DNA of 64,000 nucleotides. Origin: Nitrosopumilaceae archaeon (GTDB taxonomy: Archaea > Thermoproteota > Nitrososphaeria > Nitrososphaerales > Nitrosopumilaceae). The position numbers and the translations under genes are program-made. The DNA lies in NCBI GenBank assembly GCA_965214835.1, contig CBDCCK010000002.1, positions 3,145,352 to 3,209,351 on the forward strand, written 5' to 3'. Positions 40,422 through 48,700 of the stretch are shown one piece after another. The notes below the pieces were generated by a model. The model saw only the letters and a list, made by a program, of their open reading frames with translations. It ran no database searches and was not told the origin of the DNA. Each line of letters begins with the position of its first letter. Position 1 is the first letter of the stretch.

Positions 40422-41783
40422 ATGAGGTACAGGGTTGATCGTGACTCGCTTGGGGATGTAAAGATTCCAGATGATGCATATTATGGACCATTTACAGGCA
40501 GGGCAGTAAGGCAGTATCATGTGACAGGTACCAAGGCACACCCCAACCTGATCCGGGCATTCGTAATGATAAAGCGTTCGGCAGCAGTTGCCAACATAAA
40601 GTCAAAGGCCATCAGTACAAAGCAGGGAAGGGCAGTCGTTCGGGCCTGTGATAAGATCCTAGCAGGGGGATTCGTTGATCAGTTTGTGGTCGATGCGATC
40701 AACTCCGGTGCAGGAACCGCATTTAACATGAATGCAAACGAGGTTATTGCAAACGTGGCACTAGAAATACTACACAAGAAAAGGGGCGCATATGAGCATC
40801 TGCACCCAAACGATCATGTAAACATGTCCCAGTCAAGCAACGATACGTTCCCGACATCAATGCATGTAGCTATCTTGATGAATCTGAGGGAGGCGGTTCC
40901 CGCAGTTGATGCCTTGATAAAGTCACTGACAAAAAAGGCAAGGCAGTTTTCTAGCTACAAAAAGATTGGAAGAACGCACCTGATGGACGCGCTTCCGGTG
41001 ACCCTTGGAAGCGAGTTTGCAGCCATTGCCACGTCAATCACAAAGGCAAGGAATGCAGTTGTGGCATCACAGAAGGAACTAGAGTACGTGGCTTTGGGGG
41101 GAACTGCGGTGGGAAGCGGCGCCAACACGCCAAAGGGATACAGGAAGGCGGCCATCGCAGAGCTAGGAAGAATCTCAAAGCTGCCACTAAAGCCTGAGAG
41201 GGACATGCAGCACGGCCTGCAAAGCAGGTTTGCAGTGGCAAGCACCTCGGGCGCGCTTAGGAACCTGGCCTTGGAGATCAACAAGCTTGCAAACGACATA
41301 AGACTGATGGCATCGGGTCCGGTTGCAGGGCTGTCAGAGATAGGGATACCGGCAGTACACGCAGGCTCCTCCATCATGCCCGGAAAGGTGAATCCGTCGC
41401 TTGCCGAATGCATGAACATGATCTGCTTTGGCATTATCGGAAATGACGCCGCAGTCGCGCATGCGGCGCAGGGGGGGCAGTTTGAGCTAAACGTAATGCT
41501 GCCAGGGATGTTAAAATGCATATTAGAGTCAACGGACATGCTAAAGAACTTCCTGCCGATCTTCTCTGCAAATCTCATCGACGGGCTGACGGCAAACAGG
41601 GATAGGCTCAGGGCAGACATTGAAAACAGTCCCGTAATTGTGACGCTGCTCGCCCCGAAGATCGGCTATTTAAAGTCGGCAGAGCTGTTCAAGGAGTCGC
41701 TCAGGACCGGAAAAACCATCAAGGAGCTCGTGGTAGAGGAGAAACTCATGGGCAGCAAGGAAGTGGATTCCTTGCTTGGATAG
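40422..41783 (+). CDS. Class II fumarate hydratase / aspartate ammonia-lyase
   Basis: HPNDHVNMSQSSND, GRTHLMDA and the GSSIMPGKVNP signature. Confidence 0.92.
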   Translation: MRYRVDRDSLGDVKIPDDAYYGPFTGRAVRQYHVTGTKAHPNLIRAFVMIKRSAAVANIKSKAISTKQGRAVVRACDKILAGGFVDQFVVDAINSGAGTAFNMNANEVIANVALEILHKKRGAYEHLHPNDHVNMSQSSNDTFPTSMHVAILMNLREAVPAVDALIKSLTKKARQFSSYKKIGRTHLMDALPVTLGSEFAAIATSITKARNAVVASQKELEYVALGGTAVGSGANTPKGYRKAAIAELGRISKLPLKPERDMQHGLQSRFAVASTSGALRNLALEINKLANDIRLMASGPVAGLSEIGIPAVHAGSSIMPGKVNPSLAECMNMICFGIIGNDAAVAHAAQGGQFELNVMLPGMLKCILESTDMLKNFLPIFSANLIDGLTANRDRLRADIENSPVIVTLLAPKIGYLKSAELFKESLRTGKTIKELVVEEKLMGSKEVDSLLG

Positions 41784-41786
41784 GAC

Positions 41787-43055
41787 ATGGCAAAAATATG
41801 GGTGGAGGCGTACGGGTGCTCTGCCAGCTTTGCAGACTCTGAGATGATTTCCGGCCTGATTGTAAATGGGGGACACGCGCTAGTCGAGAGTCCGTCGGAT
41901 GCGGACCTGAGCGTGGTGGTGACCTGCTCCGTAAAAGATGCCACTGCAAACAAGATGATTCACAGGATCAAGACCCTAAAATCCAAGCCGCTAATCGTTG
42001 CAGGCTGTCTGCCAAAGGCCGAAAGGCCGACCGTCGAGAGGTTTTCAGATAACGCCAGCATGCTAGGCCCCAACTCGCTTGGAAAGACGCTCGAGGTCAT
42101 TGAGGCGACCCTGAGGGGGGACAGGCTTGTAATGCTAGAGGACACGGACGTCTCAAAGGCTGGACTTCCCAAGGTCAGGCTCAATTCCGCGGTCGGGATT
42201 GTGGAGATTGCAAGCGGCTGCATGAGCGAGTGCACATTCTGCCAGACAAAGATCTCCAAGGGAGACCTACAGAGCTACCGCCCGGGGGACATTGTCAGAC
42301 AGGTAAGGTGCGAGATTGATGACGGATGCAGGGAAATCTGGCTGACGTCAACTGACAACGGATGCTATGGGCTCGATATCGGAACGAACCTGCCGGAGTT
42401 GATTGGCGCAGTGGCGGGGATTCCCGGCGACTTTATGATCAGGGTGGGCATGATGAACCCAATGTACATGCCAAGAATCAGAGAGTCGTTGATTGACTCG
42501 TATGACAGCCGCAAGGTCTACAAGTTCCTGCATGTTCCGGTGCAGGCGGGAAATGACAGGGTTCTAGGCGAGATGAGGCGCGGGCACACGGCTGGAGCGT
42601 TCAGGGATGTCGTGACGAGGGTGAGGGAAAGGTTTCCAGAGTTTACCATCTCAACGGACATAATAGTGGGCTTTCCGACTGAGACCCCGCAGGACTTTGA
42701 GGACACAGTAAGACTACTAGAGGAGACTAGGCCGGACATTGTCAACCTGTCAAGATACAGCAGAAGGCCCGGAACCGAGGCCGCGCAGTGGGAGCAGGTA
42801 GGCATGGGGGAAGTAAAAAGAAGAAGCAGAATAGTCGCAGACCTGGCAAACAGGATTTCACTGGAAAGCAACCAGAGATGGGTCGGCTGGAAGGGCAGGG
42901 TGTTGTTTGATGAAAAGACCGGCGACGGTATAAAAGGCCGTAATTTTGCATACAAGCCAGTCTTTACGGACGACAGGGTGGAGATCGGGCAAAGCCGCAC
43001 GGTGGAGGTCACCGATGCGACCACGCACAGCCTGATCGGCAGGATCGCAAGCTAA
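41787..43055 (+). CDS. tRNA t6A37 methylthiotransferase (MtaB/MiaB-like radical SAM)
   Basis: YGCSAS, CMSECTFC (CxxxCxxC), DIIVGFPTET and a TRAM domain. Confidence 0.92.
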   Translation: MAKIWVEAYGCSASFADSEMISGLIVNGGHALVESPSDADLSVVVTCSVKDATANKMIHRIKTLKSKPLIVAGCLPKAERPTVERFSDNASMLGPNSLGKTLEVIEATLRGDRLVMLEDTDVSKAGLPKVRLNSAVGIVEIASGCMSECTFCQTKISKGDLQSYRPGDIVRQVRCEIDDGCREIWLTSTDNGCYGLDIGTNLPELIGAVAGIPGDFMIRVGMMNPMYMPRIRESLIDSYDSRKVYKFLHVPVQAGNDRVLGEMRRGHTAGAFRDVVTRVRERFPEFTISTDIIVGFPTETPQDFEDTVRLLEETRPDIVNLSRYSRRPGTEAAQWEQVGMGEVKRRSRIVADLANRISLESNQRWVGWKGRVLFDEKTGDGIKGRNFAYKPVFTDDRVEIGQSRTVEVTDATTHSLIGRIAS

Positions 43056-43128
43056 AACTTTTAGATCGGGAATTTGATTAAAGCTACGTAAGAAGGTTTT
43101 TTATGCAAATCCGAGAACAGACATTGCT

Positions 43129-44076
43129 ATGAACTTTGAATTAAAGGAACCAGTATTGGTAGTAGGATTGGGCGGCGTAGGCTCAAAATTAGCAACAGAA
43201 GTCAAAAAATCACTAGAATCAGACTGTCTGCTCATCAGCAGCGACCAAAATGATCTGAGCGGGGAAAAGGCAATCAAGATAGACACGGATTCCATTGTCA
43301 ACCCCTCCTCACAGACCATTCGTGGGTTTGCACTCGAGTCAGCAGACCGGATCAGGGAGCAGATTTCAGGCTATTCCAGCATAATCATGATGGCAAACCT
43401 TGCAGGCAGGGCAGGCTCGGCCATCGCCCCGGTGGTATCCTCAATATGCAAAGAAGGAGGCAAGAACCTGGTATCGTTTGCAGTCATGCCGTTTAGGTAT
43501 GAAAGCGACAGAATCTTTGCCTCAGGCACGTCATTGAGACGTGTAAAGTCAGACTCGGCATGTACTGTAATCGTCGACAACGACGCAATGCTGGAAAGCA
43601 ACCCCGATCTGACCTCCAAGGAATGCTATGACATTGCAAACTCGGCAATCCTGCACATGGCCGGGTCACTAAAATCAAGCCAGATCCCTAATGAAGCCAA
43701 TGTCCTAACTGCAGCCAAAGGCAATCAGGACATCGAGTCATCACTAAGGGATTCGCTAAAAATGCTTTACGAAAACGCCTCGCCTGGCAGCGTAAAGGGC
43801 TCAATCATCCATGTTTTGGGTGGAGAAAACGTACCGGTTGGAATGATGAAGACCATTTCCAGCCTTACGCAGGGGGTTATAGGCGAGTCAGCATCTGTAG
43901 GAATGTCTTCGGTAGAGTCTGAAACAACAGGCATCGTCATGCTGTCTACCGTTCAGGGACAGACAAAGTTTGACCGCTATGATCCACTTGGAAGCATTCC
44001 GGCCGAGAACACATTGGACTGGGATTATCCGGATTGCAGCTATGACTGCAAGCTAGACATGTATCAGTTAGAATAG
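43129..44076 (+). CDS. ftsZ: Divergent thaumarchaeal FtsZ-like protein
   Basis: VVGLGGVG, ANLAGRAGSAIAP (degenerate tubulin signature), MPFRYE and VDND. Confidence 0.8.
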   Translation: MNFELKEPVLVVGLGGVGSKLATEVKKSLESDCLLISSDQNDLSGEKAIKIDTDSIVNPSSQTIRGFALESADRIREQISGYSSIIMMANLAGRAGSAIAPVVSSICKEGGKNLVSFAVMPFRYESDRIFASGTSLRRVKSDSACTVIVDNDAMLESNPDLTSKECYDIANSAILHMAGSLKSSQIPNEANVLTAAKGNQDIESSLRDSLKMLYENASPGSVKGSIIHVLGGENVPVGMMKTISSLTQGVIGESASVGMSSVESETTGIVMLSTVQGQTKFDRYDPLGSIPAENTLDWDYPDCSYDCKLDMYQLE

Positions 44077-44085
44077 ACGATAACT

Positions 44086-45021
44086 TTATTCTGGCTTTTC
44101 TTCTTTCTTTGCCTCGGACTCTTCCTGCTGCTCTGCCCTCTCCTGGTCGCTCTTTAGCTCGGACTCTTCCTGCTGCTCTGCCCTCTCCTGGTCGCTCTTT
44201 AGCTCGGACTCTTCCTGCTGCTCTGCCCTCTCCTGGTCGCTCTTTAGCTCGGACTCTTCCTGCTGCTCTGCCCTCTCCTGGTCGCTCTTTAGCTCGGACT
44301 CTTCCTGCTGCTCTGCCCTCTCCTGGTCGCTCTTTAGCTCGGACTCTTCCTGCTGCTCTGCCCTCTCCTGGTCGCTCTTTAGCTCGGACTCTTCCTGCTG
44401 CTCTGCCCTCTCCTGGTCGCTCTTTAGCTCGGACTCTTCCTGCTGCTCTGCCCTCTCCTGGTCGCTCTTTAGCTCGGACTCTTCCTGCTGCTCTGCCCTC
44501 TCCTGGTCGCTCTTTAGCTCGGACTCTTCCTGCTGCTCTGCCCTCTCCTGGTCGCTCTTTAGCTCGGACTCTTCCTGCTGCTCTGCCCTCTCCTGGTCGC
44601 TCTTTAGCTCGGACTCTTCCTGCTGCTCTGCCCTCTCCTGGTCGCTCTTTAGCTCGGACTCTTCCTGCTGCTCTGCCCTCTCCTGGTCGCTCTTTAGCTC
44701 GGACTCTTCCTGCTGCTCTGCTTTAGGAGTTTCAACGGTAGGCTTTACCACCTCTTCGGCACCTTCTTCATATCTGGAAACTAAAACATAGCCGTCTTCA
44801 GTATTGGACATTCTGACTCTAATTTTTCTTGGAGGGCTCCGCATCCCTTTTGACCAAACTTGATGTGCTACATCTTCCTCAATTTTGATTTCTTCTGCTT
44901 TCATATGGTGACGGGCAAATTCTTTGATCATGTTAATTGCTCTTTTAGCCCGCTGGTTGTCAGGGGAAAGCAATACCTTGCCTAGATTAATCGTATAAAT
45001 TCGTTCTAATTCCTGTGACAT
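44086..45021 (-). CDS. rpl31e: 50S ribosomal protein L31e with an expanded acidic repeat tail
   Basis: ERIYTINL, RAKRAINMIKEF and VWSKGMRSPPRKIRVR; follows rpl39e. Confidence 0.92.
   Translation of the reverse strand: MSQELERIYTINLGKVLLSPDNQRAKRAINMIKEFARHHMKAEEIKIEEDVAHQVWSKGMRSPPRKIRVRMSNTEDGYVLVSRYEEGAEEVVKPTVETPKAEQQEESELKSDQERAEQQEESELKSDQERAEQQEESELKSDQERAEQQEESELKSDQERAEQQEESELKSDQERAEQQEESELKSDQERAEQQEESELKSDQERAEQQEESELKSDQERAEQQEESELKSDQERAEQQEESELKSDQERAEQQEESELKSDQERAEQQEESELKSDQERAEQQEESELKSDQERAEQQEESEAKKEEKPE
44113..44721. repeat. Perfect 45-bp tandem repeat, 13 full units plus a partial
   Basis: Unit ctcggactcttcctgctgctctgccctctcctggtcgctctttag, encoding AEQQEESELKSDQER. 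Confidence 0.95.
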
Positions 45022-45180
45022 CTAACCTATCTCCACGTCTGTACTTCTCCAAGCTCTGCGTTTTGGATTTGTACGAACGCCTCGCTTGGTTTTGAGAATA
45101 ACCCAAGCCGGTACCGATGAGGTCTGCTTTACTTTCTTTATCAGTCGGATTTTTCTTGGAGATGACTTTCGTGCGCCCAT
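45022..45180 (-). CDS. rpl39e: 50S ribosomal protein L39e (not in ORF track)
   Basis: MGARKSSPRKIRLIKKVKQTSSVPAWVILKTKRGVRTNPKRRAWRSTDVEIG*. Confidence 0.93.
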   Translation of the reverse strand: MGARKSSPRKIRLIKKVKQTSSVPAWVILKTKRGVRTNPKRRAWRSTDVEIG

Positions 45181-45726
45181 ACAAGGGCAAGACATGAGGA
45201 GCTCTTTTTAAATGAATCTGAAATTCCAGTCGTCCCAAGTGTACCTGACTCATGGGGGGTGCCGACGGCCATATGCGGATCTACAGGCAGACTAGTTTGA
45301 AGTGTTTCGGGTTTGGGGCCGCATTATGGGGAACTTTTGGGAAGACCGGACTTCAGTCTTCTCAGGCGTACGCCATAAAACGATTCCAAACCTGACACGG
45401 TTTACCACACCCAAGCGATGAAACCCCCACACGTTTGAATCCCATCAAGATGCTCACCGTATCAACGGATGCGTCGGCTTAAAATTGTTTTGGATTGCGT
45501 TCTACCAATACGCGACAAGAGCCTTGCCCCCTCCGGAAGATACCGCGCGGAATGCGCGGCAGCAAAGGCCCCGGCAGGCAGTGCCGCCTGTGGGGCATGC
45601 CGGCAGTCACAAATCCTTCAATGTCATCGTCCGTTTGCAGGGGCGTCTGATCATGAAACACTTCGAGAATCCTTACTGGCCAGTACAGGATCTTGCCGCA
45701 GGCCGGGCCCGCCGTGATCGCACAAG

Positions 45727-48700
45727 CTAGCCGAGGCCCGCCGCATGCAGCAGCCGCACCTGCCGGGCCGACAGCTCGGCGCCGTACACGCGCAGCTCGT
45801 CAAGCACCGAGTCGATCCTGTCGGGGTCCCCCCAGCTGGTGGTCCTCACCGTAAACGCATGGTCGTTTGTCGTGTCGCCTGCCAGCCCCTGGCCCCTGCG
45901 GAAGTGGTCATAGTCCCGGTGCTCGCCGTCGATATACGCGTTCAGTCCCTCCTTTGCGCCCGAGCCGTCGTACGTGAATGCGATATGGTGCCAGGCGCCG
46001 TCTGACATGTTCATGTGTTGCGGTGTATGCACGTTTATGAACGTGGAGTTGTCGTGTATCGAAAGCAGGACCCTGTTGGGCGCCCCTCCCCATACCCACA
46101 CGTACGAGCCGGTATGGCCGAACGACTCTGCCTTGGACATTATCATGGTGCTGCCGTTGACGGGCGCATCCTGCCTGAGCCAGAACGCAATGCTGAACGG
46201 GTCGGTCCGCCCAAAGTCAAAGTCGGCCTCCCCCGCGAGGGTGACGTTCGTAGAGCCGTCAAGCTGCAGCCCCCTGCCTATCCTGCCCTCCACGTATGAG
46301 ATACCCCCTGCAGCCGTGCCGTTGTTGTCCCCTGTGATATCTGCCAAGCTGCCCTCAAAGGACAGGCCTGCCACGAGCTCCTCATAGGGGGCCGTTACGG
46401 TCACGGGATCGGCGATCGTGACCCGTATGCCGCCCATCGGACTTCCGTCCCCGTCCACTAGGCCTACCCTGAACGTGCCTCCCGCGTCTGCGTCGTCGGC
46501 GATCCTCAGCAGTATCGTATACTGGGAGCCGGGCGCGTTGATCGTGTGATACCTCACGTCGTATGAGGAGCCTGCGTGGTTGTCAAGTTCCATCGTGCGG
46601 CGCCGCTGCCCGGGAAAGTCAGTGCATACGGTCGTGCCGCATGCAGAGTCATCCGCGAGTCCCCCAAAGTCGTCCACCGTAAGCGAGTCGCTGTATATGG
46701 CAAGGGCGTCGTGCTGGTGCCTTGTGCCATCAAGGGTCACGGTATACTCGAATGTCTGTCCCGGAAATATCCTGTCGGGGCCCGTGATCCTCCAGGTGGT
46801 GTCCCCGTCCGTTACCGTCCTCGTGGACGGCGGCATCACCGTTACCGGTATGCCTCCCACCGGGTTGTAGCTGGCGTCCAGCATGCCGACTGTGGCCTGC
46901 GCCCCCGCCGGCGCGTCGGCTGCCGGCTGCAACAGTATGGTGTGGCTGGATCTGGACTTTTTCATCTTGTTGTGCATGGCAGTATACGGCGAGTCCTCGT
47001 CACTGGCTATCTTGTACGTGTTGTGCTTTTGTTCGGGAAACCCCGCGCACAATATAGTCTGGCAGTCTGCATCGGGATCATGCCATCCGAGGTACCGCGT
47101 ATCCGGCGCAGCGCTGTACACGGCAAGGGCCTCCTCCCTGGGCCTCGCCCCGTCCTCGAGGGTTACGGTATACTCGAAGGTCTGCCCCGCGAATATCCTG
47201 TCCGGGCCCGTGACGCTCCACGTGGACCGGCCCGTGCTCACGGTCTGCGAGACGTCCAGGATGGCGTCAGATGCGTCCACGTGTATGATAAACCAGTCCC
47301 GCAGCGAGTTTGCAGAGCCGTCTGTCGCCATACATGACACCTCGGTGAATCCGGGCGCAAACGTCGATCCTGACTCGTGCGTGCATGATACTGCCACGGC
47401 CCCATCTACGAGGTCTGTAGCTGTAGGCGCATCGTAGCTGACTTCCATTCCCCGGCCCGCCGGATCATCCACGGATATATTGCGCAGGCCGGAGATGGCA
47501 GGCGGCGTCGTATCCTGTATCGTAACGGTCTGGGCGGCAGTCGCCTCGTTGCCAGAGGAATCGGCGGCAGTCCACGTTACCGTGGTGTTGCCGAGCGGGA
47601 ACGATTCCGGTGCGTCGTTTGTGATTGTGGGGCTGGGATCGGCAATGTCAGACACGGTGGGAGTCCCATAGTCGCCGGCATTCAGGATTGTCATGATGCC
47701 GGCAGCCTCGGCCGTATGATCGGCGGGTGCTGTGATGCTCGGCGGCGTGGTGTCCTGTATCGTCACGGTCTGTGTGGCCGTGGCGGCATTATCGGAGGAA
47801 TCCGTGGCAGTCCATGTCACTATGGTGTCGCCGAGCGGGAACGATTCCGGTGCGTCGTTTGTGATTGCCGGGTCGGGATCGGCAGTGTCGGTGGCCGTGG
47901 CCTGACCTATTGATATTATACTCAGCACGCCGGAAGCCTCGGTTGTGACATCTGGCGGTGCGGTTATGCTCGGCAGTGTCGTGTCCTGTATCGTAACAGT
48001 CTGGGTGTCAGTGGCCGCGTTGCCCGAATCATCCGTGGCAGTCCACGTGACTGTCGTGCTACCTAGGGGAAACGATTCCGGTGCGTCGTTTGTGATTGCC
48101 GGGTCGGGATCCAAGTTGTCGGTGGCCGTAGCCTGCCCTATGGATGTTACAGTCAGCACGCCGGAAGCCTCGGTTGTGACATCTAGCGGTGCGGTTATGC
48201 TCGGCAGTGTCGTGTCCTGTATCGTAACAGTCTGGGTGACAGTCGCCATGTTGCCAAAGTCATCTGTGGCAGTCCATGTCACTATGGTGTCGCCGAGCGG
48301 GAATGACTCTGGTGCGTCGTGCGTGATGACAGGATCGGGATCCAGATTGTCGGTGGCAGTGGCCTGCCCTATTGATATTGTGGTCAGCACGCCGGTGGCC
48401 TCTGCTGTATGGTCAGCAGGCGCCGTGATGCTCGGCGGCGTGGTATCTTGAACCGTAACAGTCTGGGTGGCAGTGGCCGCATTGCCCGAATCATCTGTGG
48501 CAGTCCATGTGATTACCGTGTCGCCTAGCGAGAACGACGCGGGTGCGTCGTTTGTTATTGTGGGGTCGGGATCGGCAATGTCGATGGCAGTGGCCTGCCC
48601 TATGGATGTCACGGTCAGCACGCCGGTGGCCTCTGCGGTACGGTCGGCAGGCGCCGTGATCCAGGGCGGCGTGGTGTCCTGTATCGTAACAGTCTGGGTG

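Noticed and set aside
43129-44076. Degenerate GTPase signature in FtsZ
   Set aside because: Divergent FtsZ is an established feature of Thaumarchaeota, which divide using Cdv proteins.
44109-44726. 205-aa plus-strand repeat ORF
   Set aside because: Antisense shadow of the rpl31e repeat.
45569-45590. About 19-bp match (cccggcaggcagtgccgcc) to about 57820
   Set aside because: Too short to define an element without alignment; it may be a degenerate repeat.
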